From NCBI GenBank assembly GCA_030390025.1, contig CM059452.1, forward strand, positions 6,572,001-6,636,000: a stretch of DNA of 64,000 nt, in the 5' to 3' direction. Source of the DNA: Squalus acanthias. Taxonomy: Eukaryota. Shown in pieces: positions 26,626-38,789 of this stretch; within the stretch, counting starts at the first letter, position 1; each line of letters opens with the position of its first letter. Made by a program: the position numbers and the translations under genes. The notes beneath the pieces are model-generated. The model did not search any database. It worked only from the letters and a program-made list of their open reading frames with translations, and was not told the DNA's origin.

Positions 26626-27609
26626 CTGCAATATTATCAATTCATTTTAACTCACTTTGATGCATTAAGAAACGGTTTGAAGCTATATATTTAGACCAGA
26701 AAATGACGTGGATAAGTAATTTCCAAATATTCTTATAATGGCACCTTATTTCAGTCTTTATATCCCTATACCAGCTATCCACGAACCTAAACAAGGAGCA
26801 CAAAAAGTGCAACCTTCTGAGAAATAAGAGTTTGATTTAACCTCATGTCATAGAGAACTGAGCCTATAACCTTGTCCAAAATTGTCATTCAAATCACCAT
26901 ATTCGGCAACTTCACCGACTCAGCTCTGTCTCCATGATGTACCATGTCCACTCTAACCATATATCTCCATCACGGTGACCCCATCAACCTGAGCACATCT
27001 CAGTGATGTACTGACCTTACCCGCCCAACTGGTGAACAATTCATTCAGTGAATGAATGGGCTGAATGGAAAGGCTCTGGGGAATGCGGTTAAAGGGGTTA
27101 AGGGCATTTCAATTTGCGGCCACAATGTCCAAACCCACAGGACATATTTCACTGTGGCAATGACTTACAATGACTATATGGCGGTAAAGAAATTCACACT
27201 TCATGCTCCTTTTGTCCGTGTGTTTAGAATGGTGTGACTGCACCAGTCCCACAGAGGAGCAAGGATTTAGTTAGGGAAGGAGAAAAATTATGTACCCATT
27301 GATCTGCTATGTATCCGCATTGATTGAAGTAATTCGGGTGAGGATATATTGAGTGCTTTGTTGTACATGAAAGGGCCACATGTTCCAAATATTACACTTG
27401 TCCCTTCTCAACCCAGACATGAGCTCGCTTTATATTTCTGAGATGAAGATTCCCATCACCACAGAAGGATCATCAGTATCGCGTGGATAGCTTCAGGCTT
27501 CTCTTCGTGATGTTCAGCTGGTTAGACATGGACACTGTATGGAGTGAAATGATACAGAAAGTCAGGAAGGACTGAAGGCGCCACACTGACACAAATGTAA
27601 AGGGGCTGC

Positions 27610-27780
27610 NNNNNNNNNNNNNNNNNNNNNNNNNNNNNNNNNNNNNNNNNNNNNNNNNNNNNNNNNNNNNNNNNNNNNNNNNNNNNNNNNNNNNNNNNNN
27701 NNNNNNNNNNNNNNNNNNNNNNNNNNNNNNNNNNNNNNNNNNNNNNNNNNNNNNNNNNNNNNNNNNNNNNNNNNNNNNNN
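27610..27780. other. Assembly gap (171 N)
   Basis: Run of n. Confidence 1.
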
Positions 27781-29304
27781 TAATGTGCTGGACAGACCCT
27801 CCTGCTGACTGCTGCTACTGACAGGATGTCTGAGACGCTGGATATATTTCCTATCCTGAGAGATGGGAACAGTTACACACAGTTACACAACTAAATAATT
27901 AAAATTGACTCCAGTACTGTTGCTAGGCAGATTTGTTTATCAATAGGCCTCACTCACAATGTTAAGTGTTTGAAGTTGGCTTTCAGCCAAGCGGTCAGCA
28001 CTGAGGAAACAGACCTTTGATTCACTGCACAGAACCGCCAGATGCTTCCTGTAAATGACATTGGGTGTTCGAGCCTCACTGGCGGCAGTCGGCTGGGCTG
28101 CTGCCAAATACTGTGTGGAGCAGATTGGAGTGAATATGAATTGGGAAACAAGATGGGATTTAACTATTTGAACATTAAATTATTCAGCAGCGCTCTTACA
28201 AGAAAGAAACATTTTACATGGTATAACATCTAAAGAAAGACTTTCGGTAAATTCCTTGCTCACAATATTATAAAATAGGTTCGGAAAAATTATAGGATCC
28301 ATATACTAATTAATTAAAAATTCCAAATAAAGATAATTCGAGATAATTCAGTCGGTTTATTCAGCACTGCACGAAGTGCTGGAGAGAGATTTTAATGACT
28401 CCACACCCACACTGTAATGAGATCAGTGGGAATCGCAAAGTAAATAAAACAATCGGTGGAATTTCCTCGATCCCGCTGCACTTCCTTGAATATTCTCAGA
28501 TTAGTGAGCCTGATTGAAACTAAGGGCTCCCTTATTACTGATTAGCAGCCGCGCACTGGGCCGTTTAATTTTGCTGATTTGAATTCCTAAACAAGCCCTC
28601 TCAGAGCCCGGCTACCAAAGGTCAGAGAAATGCTCAGTTTGTGATCTGTTTCAGCGGGAGATGAAGCATTTATTCTTGTGATATTCTGTAACATACCGCT
28701 ATGTCCTGATATACTGTGTTCCTGATACCAGTGTATGTTACACAGTCGGTCGCTATTAAAGTTCGCTGCAATGATTTAGATGCGGGGGTTTGCTGATCGC
28801 ATTATCGGTTCTGATTAACCAGCTTCTCTTTACCAAAAGCTGATCTGAAGCGGGCGGGCCCCACATTCTTATGTGTCTCCGTCAACTCACTCCTTAATAT
28901 CAGGCAAGCGAATTTAGTTTAAACCTAATTTTATAAAGGACTGTCTTAGGGTCACAGACTCAGGGGCAGTTAGAGAAATGCAATGAGAGACACTTGTATA
29001 ATGTGAGGGCTTTCTACTCATCTCCGGATCCAAATCGTGTAGCAAAAGCCATCCACATTGTAAATAGAATCACATCACCCATCTCCCGCATTCAGATAAA
29101 TAGACCTAAAGCGATTCATAATATAGGGGATACTTTATTGGTACAGAATAGATAGCGGGAGATGGAGTCACACATACTGGCAGTCTCTTTAGACCCTGAT
29201 AATGTAATTTAATCTGAGAGATTCACATCTCCTGTGAAGCAGTGAGGAAATAAAGGGATTTAATTGACAGTCCAGATGTGAGTCCATTCTGTTGGTGATG
29301 TGGA

Positions 29305-29395
29305 GGGTGTGACGTGGATCCAGTAGCCGCCTCTATCAGGGAATCAATAGGCGGCGCCTGTAACCTCGCCCCCTTCTACCGGGTATTTAACGGCC
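29305..29395 (+). promoter_or_regulatory. Putative IgH V promoter (CRE-like tgacgtgg at 29310, TATA-like gtatttaa at 29383; no ATGCAAAT octamer seen)
   Basis: Motifs about 100-175 bp upstream of leader ATG 29483. Confidence 0.5.
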
Positions 29396-29482
29396 GGTCA
29401 CTGGGACCGCAATACAACAGTCCGGGAGCGGGTTTGCTCAGTGAGTTCTTGTCAGAACCATTTCCCACACATTGCCAGGAGG

Positions 29483-29970
29483 ATGAGGTCGGCGATTTCT
29501 CTCAGTCTGTTGCTGGCTTTCTTATCCGGTGAGTAGTTTTTATTGTCCAAGTCTCTCACTGTTACTGTCTCAGTGTTAGTCTCTCTCTGGAATGTTACAG
29601 AGTCAGGAATCATTTCACCAGGATTAATTCTCGGGGTCTTTGATTGTTTTTATAGGTGTCCAGTCGGATGTCGTGTTGACTCAGCCAGAGGCAGGGACCG
29701 GGAGTCCCAGAGGCTCCCTGAGACTGACCTGTAAAACCAGCGGGTTCAATCTTGGTAGCACCTACATGTACTGGGTCCGACAGGTTCCCGGACAGGGGCT
29801 GGAGTGGCTGCTTGAGTACTACAGTTCATCGAACAAGAACTACGCCCCAGGGATTAAGAGCCGATTTACTGCCTCCAAAGACACTTCAAACAACATCTTC
29901 GCTTTGGACATGAAGAACCTGAGAACCGAAGACACCGCCATCTATTACTGTGCAAGATACTACAGTGGGT
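29483..29970 (+). CDS. IGHV: IgM heavy-chain VH already joined to a D segment (leader 29483-29528; VH 29656-29957; D 29958-29970)
   Basis: [67 protein letters not shown] followed directly by tactacagtgggt (YYSG). Confidence 0.95.
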
Positions 29971-30008
29971 CACGGTGCTGTACAGAGCGAGCTCCTCATA
30001 CAAAAACC
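29971..30008 (+). other. 22-spacer RSS 3' of joined VD
   Basis: cacggtg + 22 bp + acaaaaacc. Confidence 0.92.
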
Positions 30009-30321
30009 CCAGACAGCGAGTTTGCTCACACCTGCGATCACTGCCACGGCAGGAGCGTCGAAGAAAACGAGGCTTAAATTAAAATAATGGGTAAAAGTAA
30101 CATAGATTTATAAAAATGTCTAAAAGTGTTCTGCTTTATTAGTGTTGATTGTCGTGCTAAGTCTGCACAGATGCATCAGAAGTTTTCCAATTCCCTTTAT
30201 AAAGATAATGACCAGCACAAACTGAAATATCTCACTGGTTCACTCTTAGGGGAGTCGGAATCAGGGTTTTGAGAGCGCTGTGGAATTTCATCTCTGTATT
30301 TTACAGTTAACAGTCCGCCGG

Positions 30322-30349
30322 AGTATTGGGCACGGCGAGTCTCACTGTG
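30322..30349 (-). other. 12-spacer RSS 5' of joined DJ, degenerate nonamer
   Basis: agtattggg + 12 bp + cactgtg. Confidence 0.75.
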
Positions 30350-30409
30350 GTACAGTGGATGGCGCCATGGGAGACTGGGGCCAAGGCACCATGGTGACGG
30401 TGACTGCAG
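30350..30409 (+). CDS. IGHJ: IgH D segment joined to JH (DJ)
   Basis: gtacagtggatgg runs without any RSS into AMGDWGQGTMVTVTA, followed by gtaag donor at 30410. Confidence 0.9.
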
Positions 30410-33400
30410 GTAAGAAACATTCACTCTTTCAGCAACTGTTGTATTTGTGCCTTTATTTTATATTTCTGTTTATTTCAATAATTCATTCATTCACTGAAAC
30501 TTGGGTTCGGTGGATTCTGTATTGAGATTTTTTGCAATGTTTCATTTGATTCTGCTGCAAAGGGATAATAGATTTAAACAGTTTCTTCAGGAAAAATGTT
30601 GTTGAGGGATTGAGTCCCTGATTGATGTGATTTGGTGTTTATCTGCTGATGAGACTGTGAGCCTGGGTTACTTTAAATACCCAACGGTTGTTGAACTGTT
30701 TGGCGTTTCTACAATGTTTACTCTCGGTGAAATCTAATAGTTGTAGGTTTTCTGATCAAATGTAAACATTATGTGACTAAATGTGTTTGAAATAAGATTG
30801 CAGACAGAAAACAGAAAGCTTTAGCGGTCAAAAATAATCTTAAGATATTTTAATTTATTTTTATTTGTGATATTTACATTGTCAGCTTTTAATCTAATGT
30901 TCACCAACGGTCATATTCAATACGTGAAATATTACTGTAATTTATAACTAAATAATTAACAAATTTGTAGCCTGAATGAGATTTAACTTAATATAAATAA
31001 AGTTATCATATGTAGTAATATCACTCAATATTACAACAATATGCTATATCAATAGTAATTTATTAAACCTGATCCGTCTACTCACAATTCCGCTGTCATT
31101 ATTTTATATTTTTGTTTATTTCAATAATTAATTCGTTCAGTGATAGATGGGTTCGCTGGATTCTGTATTGAGATTTTTTTGCAATGTTACATTTGATTCT
31201 GCTGAAAGGGTTTATAGAATGAAGCTGCTTCTCCACAAAACGTTCTGTTGCGGGATTCAGCCCCTCAGTGATGTGATTTGCTGTTTATCTGCTGAGGAGA
31301 GTGTGTGCCTGGGTTACTTTGAATAAGTAAAGTTTGTGAAACTGTTTGGAGTTTCTGCAATGTTTAATCTCGGTGACATCGAACTGCTGCAGGTTTTCTG
31401 ATCTGTTTAAACTGTTTGAAAGATGATTGTAGGCAGACAACAAGTAGGTTTTATAAATCAAAAATCATTTAAAATAATTTAATGCATGTTTTTATTTAAG
31501 TGAGAGTTACAGATTCAACTATTAATCTATGGTTTACGGTGCTCACATTTAATAGGTGAAATGTTACTGAATTACGAATTATATAATTAACAATTGGCAG
31601 GTTGAAGGAGAGTTAAATTAATATAACTCAAACGATTAGAATGCGGTAATATTGCCCAATATCACTAAATATGTTGCAGTATTAATATTAATGTATTAAA
31701 CATTATTCGCCTTCCACAATTCTGCTGTGCACTGGTCACAATTAACCTGAGCGGAGAATTTTAGAGGCTGGAGACAATTTCTGATTATGTCTGAAATTAT
31801 TTTAATAACAGCAGACTGATTCCACCGCAGTGTTCAGTTTAATGAGGGTTTGAAATTAATTGTTATCTCCCTGTTTCACACAGATGAATGACAGATTGTA
31901 TTTAATTATGCATTAAATGCGAGTATAAATTGCAGTTTGTAAATGTAATAAATCTGCCGGGTTATTAAATTCTTACTGTGCAGCGGAAACCATGTTATTC
32001 CTTCAATATTATTTGTTGTTTGATAGCGAGACAATTATCACTAAACTAATCTTAAACAGTTTGTAAGATCATAGGCTGAGCGGTCGCTGGCAGTCAAAGA
32101 ATTGTTCATATGATTCTATTTAAATTCACGGAAGGTGCAGACTGCGTAAGGCTGGAGACAGACAAATAACCCATTGACATTCAAGCAGATTAATTAAATT
32201 ACAAAAGGTTAATATTAGTTTTGAATTTAATAACAACATCCTGTCTCCCATAGCTGTGCTGTATACGGGATAGAATTATAGACAGTGAACAGATTACATC
32301 TGAGAGTTATGTTTAATTCTCATTAATGTTAAATTGATCAACAAAATCTCTCCTCCATCTGCTCATTAAATTTCAGTGTCGCAGATGGTCTGATTGATTT
32401 GTTCTCCGCCAGTTTTACATTGATCATTCTGGAACTGATTTTCAATAAATAGCAGAATATATTTAATAATTAATTTACGGGCATTGTGTGAATTACGGGA
32501 GTAAAGTATAAAAAGATTGTCTGTGTTATTAAATAGCGGAGTCTCTGTTACTGACTGCAAACTGGCCGGTTGTCTTTTAATTCACGAAAATAGTATTTAT
32601 AGTTAAGATTGAGGACAATGTTTAAACTCGAGAGCCCTGCTTTAGTAAACACACGGTGTTACAGTCCATCGGTAGTTAGTGAGATGTGACCACGGCCAGA
32701 CTTTGAACTATTTAAAATAGTCCACTCCTAAATCCATCATGTGAAATCCACTCTGAGAAAAGATGGAGTTTATGTTGTATCAGAGAGTTCAGAAACATGC
32801 AGAGTTTACAAGTGTGTAGATAGAGAGCGGGAATGTATTAGAAGTTAGTGACCATTTTAACTTATTCAAATGTGATTTGATTTAAATAAAAATAATATAT
32901 TTGTCTGAATGTCTTTATCTATTAATATGATTTTTAATATTTTAATATTGATAAGTGTCATGTTAATTTAATTGAAACCCTATAAGTTCACAAGTTACCA
33001 GGCAGAAACAGGATTAAAATTAATATCAACTAATTTTAATATAATGCAGCTAACATCAATATTAACTTAGAATATAATATGAGTGCGAATTTATTAAACA
33101 TAAATGACCTCCCACATTTGCGTTGTATACTGGACAGGATTACAGTTACTGTAAAATCTCAAGGGTTGGAGAGAATTTTAAATTATGTCTAAAATTAATT
33201 TAGAAACAATACATGTCTTACTCAGCTGTGCTCAGCTCGAGAAGGTGTCGCCGCAGATTTCAAAGAATTAACTTCGATGATTTTACCGGTTATATTTAAT
33301 TATGAAATTATATTTACCCAGTGGTTCCTAGTTCGTTAAATTCTTACTCTGTCACGGAGTCCCTGTTATATGCAGCAAATTACCCTGGAATGTGAATTAT

Positions 33401-33889
33401 TTCAGTAAACTAGTTTTCAGGGAAGCTAAATCTTATTTGTTTGTAAGATTGTAGACAGGGAGGGAGAAATGGTTGGAAGTCGAAGAACTTTTTCAAATTA
33501 AGATCAGTTTAATTTCAGAAAACGTGCAGACTTGAGGTGGTCGGAAATTGACAAGAGATCAATCAGAAATCAGCTTCATTGAAATTGACAGATTGAAGAG
33601 ATCTATCTGCTGAGAGCACGATTGTTGCACCGTTTGTGTCTGTTCTGTTTCTGTGCGCCTGCTCACTGTGTGAGAATCAGGAGTCCTCCTGACTGCTTGT
33701 AAACCTGCTGGTTTGTTCTCTTGTGTTTCATGGAGTACAATTCGACTCATTTATTTCAGAAGCTTGTATCTGTGAGAAATGCGATAGTTTGACTTTAAGT
33801 TTGAGGAGGCGCCTCCGAACTGGACTCAGTAACCCAGTTTGTGATAATCAGAAGGAGCATTTCAGAAACACGTCTGGCAGACTGTAGAA

Positions 33890-35250
33890 GGAGCTTTAAT
33901 CAGTTTCTAACCCGTGCCGTACCTGCCCTGGGAGTGTTTGATGGGACAGTGTAGAGGGAGCTTTACTCTGTATCTAACCCGTGCTGTACCTGCCCTGGGA
34001 GTGTTTGATGGGACAGTGTAGAGGGAGCTTTACTCTGTATCTAACCCGTGCTGTACCTGCCCTGGGAGTGTTTGATGGGACAGTGTAGAGGGAGCTTTAC
34101 TCTGTATCTAACCCGTGCTGTACCTGCCCTGGGAGTGTTTGATGGGACAGTGCAGAGGGAGCATTACTCTGCATCTAATCCGTGCTGTACCTGCCCTGGG
34201 AGTGTTTGATGGGACAGTGTAGAGGGAGCTTTACTCTGTATCTATCCCGTGCTGCACCTGCCCTGGGAGTGTTTGATGGGACAGTTTAGAGGGAGCTTTA
34301 CTCTGTATCTAACCCGTGCTGTACTTGTCCTGGGAGTGCTTGATGGGACAGTGTAGAGGGAGCTTTACTCTGCATCTAATCCGTGCTGTACCTGCCCTGG
34401 GAGTGTTTGATGGGACAGTGTAGAGGGAGCTTTACTCTGTATCTAACCCGTGCTGTACCTGTCCTGGGAGTGTTTGATGGGACAGTGTAGTGGGAGCTTT
34501 ACTCTGTATCTAACCCGTGCTGTACCTGCCCTGGGAGTGTTTGATGGGACAGTGTAGAGGGAGCTTTACTGTGTCTAACCCATGCTGTAGCTGCCCCAGG
34601 ATTGTTTGATGGGACAGTTTAGAGGGCGATTTACTCTGTATCTAACCCGTGCTGTACCTGTCCTGGGAGTGTTTGATGGGACAGTGTAGTGGGAGCTTTA
34701 CTCGGTATCTAACCCGTCCTGTACCTGCCCTGGGAGTGTTTGATGGGACAGTTTAGAGGGCGATTTACTCTGTATCTAACCCGTGCTGTACCTGTCCTGG
34801 GAGTGTTTGATGGGACAGTGTAGTGGGAGCTTTACTCGGTATCTAACCCGTCCTGTACCTGCCCTGGGAGTGTTTGATGGGACAGTGTAGAGGGAGCTTT
34901 ACTCTGTAACTAACCCGTGCTGTACATGCCCTGGGAGTGTTTGATTGGACAGTGTAGACGGAGCTTTACTCTGTATCGAACCCGTGCTGTTATGCCCCGT
35001 GAATCTTTGATGGTTCAGTGTAGAGGGAGAATTTACTCTGTATCGAGCCGATGTTGTACCTGCCCTGGGAGTGTTTGATTGTGCAATGTAGATGGGGCTT
35101 TACTCTGTATTTAACCAGTGCGGTGCCTTACCCGGAGTGTTTGAGAGTGCTGTGCAGACTTGGCGTTGCTCGGAATCAATCCCTTCCTATACCTGAGGGT
35201 ACAGCGCATGGCAGGGCAGTGCAGAGGGAGCTTTACTCTGTATCTGTACT
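33890..35250 (+). repeat. 67-bp minisatellite in the JH-Cmu intron
   Basis: ccgtgctgtacctgccctgggagtgtttgatgggacagtgtagagggagctttactctgtatctaac, roughly 18 copies. Confidence 0.97.
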
Positions 35251-36004
35251 GTAACAGATCTGTGAGTGCTTTGTCCCGTGTTGTTCAAGGAACCTTAATG
35301 TGCATCCAACTAATAAAGTGTGAGTTCTCCGAGCCAGATATATAAAGATAAAACTTTCCATTGCTCCGATGAAACAACCGCGCATTAATTGAGTTTAACC
35401 TCATTGCAAATAAAACTGCCCATTTTTTAATGAATTGATAAACTTTAAACATTTTGAGTATCAGATAATGATTGAATGAGATTGGCCTGATCCTGAGCTC
35501 ACTTTCAGAACAAACAGTTTCAGGAAGTGACTGTAACGCTCCAGAAAGCAGCGCCTGTTCTGATCTGATGGGAGGCTGGAAGTTATTTTGAGAATTTAAA
35601 TGGAGAATGTCGAGACTCCCGCTCCAAATAACCATCCTGGGAACCTTATGTTTGAAAGCATTATTTTGTTCAATTGTTTTTAAAAAGGTACCAGGCAGGG
35701 ACAAACTCGGGTGAGGTGCAGCTATTGGACTGGGTCACAGCACAAGGCTCACAGTCACTGAGCCGCACCTCTGTGGAACATTTAAAGAGAAACAGTCAGC
35801 CTGCGATGAGTCGCCATTCACAATAAGCTTTAAGACTCTGTGACAGTATCCGATTGAATCATTTGTGTCAAATTCCTCAGTTCCTTTATTTTAAATATCC
35901 TCTTGTATTATAACAAACAATAAAATAGATCTGATAGAGGTGTTCAACATTATGAAGCGTTTCCTTCCATTAAATCGGGAAGAACTAATTCCGCTGAGCC
36001 GTGT

Positions 36005-36670
36005 AGAATCACAGAATCTCAGAGCACAGAAGGGGCCATTCGGCCCGTCTTACCTGTGCTGGCTCTGAAAGAGCTGTCCAATCAAATCCCAGCTTTTTCC
36101 TCGTAACCCTCCAATGAGTCCTCTTCAAGAACATGTCCAGTTGCCTTGTGCATTCCAGAAATTAACAACCCTCTGTTTGAAAAAATGAGCCTCATTTCCC
36201 CTCTAGATATTTTGCCAATTATTTTAAATCTGTGACCTTTGGTTACCGACATACTCGCCAGAAGAAACCGTGTCTCCCGACTTGCTCTGACAAAACCTCT
36301 CACAATTTTGAACAGCTCTATTAGGTCTCCCCTAAACCTTCTCTGCTCCAAGGAACAATCCCAGCTTATCCAATCTCTCCACATAACTGAAGTCTCTCAT
36401 CCCTGGTATCCTCCTGGTCAACCTCCTCTGTACCCTCTCCAAGGCCTTGACATCCTTCCTAAATTGTGGTGTCAGAATTGAATACACTACTCCATCTGTT
36501 GCCTAACCAGTGATTTGTAAAGGTTTAGCAGGACTTCCTTGTTTTTGTATTCAATGACCCTTTTACAATGGCAAGTATCCCACACACTTCCGGAACTGCC
36601 TGATCAACTTACCCTGCCACCTTCACAGATTTGTGAATAAGCTCCCCAGGTCCCTCTGCTCTTGCACCCC
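36005..36670 (-). mobile_element. CR1 LINE 3' fragment
   Basis: SLEQRRFRGDLIELFKIVRGF..GHRFKIIGK. Confidence 0.85.
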
Positions 36671-38395
36671 CGCACAAACCAGAAGCCAGAGTTGCCCACA
36701 TCAGCAGTCAGCACATTAGTTATTGTTTGTCCTTCCTTGCATAGAACCCGCTGATAACCAATCGATTTTTAATGTTTAAGGATTGCCAATATTAGATATT
36801 TAGAGAAGAAACCTGTCCTGATGTTTAGATTATGTTCGGTACAAACAGCAACAAGAAGTGACTGTAACGACCCAGAAAGCAGCGCCTGTTCTCACTGGTG
36901 GGAGGTTGGAAAGTAATTTGGAAAATGAAATGGACCATTTAAAGAGCATCGTTCCATATAATCGGCTTTGGGAATTGTACTTAATTCGGGTTATTTAATT
37001 GAGTGAGTGGGAGGAGGGAACTCAGGAGACATCCATTCAGTAGAATGGGACAGAGCACAAGTCACACTGCATCGCTCTCCCTCCAATTGTGAGAAGGAAA
37101 GAGAGAAACTCGAATCAATCCCGATTCATCTAAAGCTTGAATCTTAGAAACCAGGATGTGCAAAAGTTCCCGATTCAAAACTGTGGGCTTAATTATTCCG
37201 TTCACATTTTAATGGAGACTGCACCCATTTATTGTAAACGTCCTTTATTGTCATGGGAACAAAGAAGATTTAGATGAGGTCTGATAGAGGGGTTTGGAAT
37301 TATGAAGGGTTTTATGAAGGGATTCGGGAAACATATTTCCCGGGTCGGTGAGTTGGTGAGTAAATGGCACTGATTGAAAATCAGCAGCAACAGAATGAAG
37401 GGAGCGGAAATTATTCTACTTTTCTACACAGGGGGTTGTTGAACATGGGATGTCCTATCAGAAATTGGGCTGCATGCAGACTCCATAATAGCTCGATAAA
37501 ATGCACAGTTGAGAAGATTGGGAATTGGAAGTTGCACGGGATTGGTGGAGAGATCTTACAGAGGCGTGATTGGCCGAATCGCCTCCTTCCGTGCTGTAAA
37601 GTTGTATTATTTTATAATTCCGGTCATGCTCTATAAACATGCTGGGATTTGTTTTAAAGGTAATACAACTAGTAGATCTAGCTGTAGGAGTTGTGTGCCT
37701 AGGAAAAATAATCCCACCGCTATTCAAACAAGTCTATCCCCTGAAAACAACAACTTGCATTTATATAGCGCCTTTAACGTAGTAAAACCTCCCAAGACGA
37801 TTCACAGGAGCGGAAGCAGATACAATCTGACACCGAGCCACATTAGACACATAATTTTATTCTTTAGTATGGTTGGTAATTACTCTGACAGTTGACCAAA
37901 AGCTTGGTCAAAGAGGTAGGTTTTAAGGCAGCATCTTACAATGGAGAGATGACGACACTTTGATATCATGGAATGGCCTGATTCTGTGCTGATAATAAGA
38001 GGCTGACAGCAAAAGGATGTAGGGAGGAGCTCAGTGGACAGAATGTGAAAGAATCTAATGTGAAAGTGGTTGAGGAATGAGGGGAGTGTTCCATAACAGG
38101 GGATCAAGAGCTGGAGGAAGTCCACGATACAATATTCCGGCATTCACTCGGTATAAAGGGGCCTCATGGGCAGAATGCCCATTTCAGACTCCTGACTTTT
38201 CTTATGTACAAGACTGCAGTCACATGAAGGCATTTCACGTCGGGTCTCACAACTCACAGAAACTCAAATGCTGATCTAGGTTTTGATCGGCAAATGATGG
38301 AATTAGTTCATCCTGTAGTCACATTTCGAGTTGTTGGTTGTGTTGTAAGCACGGATTACAGAGTCTAACTTGTTCAATTGGCCATTCTTTCCCAG

Positions 38396-38695
38396 CGACA
38401 CAGTCTCCTCCCACCCTCTACGCCCTGCTCTCCTCCTGTGAACAACCCAACACCGGCGGCCCCGTCACCTACGGCTGTTTGGCGATGGACTACTTCCCGG
38501 AAATCACCAGCCTTTCCTGGAGTAAAGATAAAGAGCCGATCACCACTGGATTGAAGACCTACCCGTCAGTGTTCAACAAGAAGGGAACCTACACCCTGAG
38601 CAGCCAGTTAACCATCACCGAGTCAGAGGTGGGGAGCAGCACAATCTACTGCCAGGTTCGACAAAGTGGGTCGGACTTAAGCGTCAAAATGCCAG
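38396..38695 (+). CDS. IGHM: IgM constant exon Cmu1
   Basis: AG/GT bounded, phase 1; [40 protein letters not shown]; retains the N-terminal Cys expected for light-chain linkage. Confidence 0.95.
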
Positions 38696-38789
38696 GTCAG
38701 TTTTGTGGGATACAGGGGGGGAGCTGTGAAAAGGTGAGGCGTTATGCTCAACTTTTGCCGAAACCTGGTTAGTCCACACTTGGAGTATT

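Noticed and set aside
29640-30077. Possibility that the VH is a NAR-TCR, IgNAR or IgW V
   Set aside because: Framework motifs ([24 protein letters not shown]) and linkage to four Cmu exons with an IgM tailpiece indicate conventional IgM.
30263-30280. gggttttgagagcgctgtg as an additional RSS or D segment
   Set aside because: Spacing does not fit 12 or 23 and the heptamer is non-consensus.
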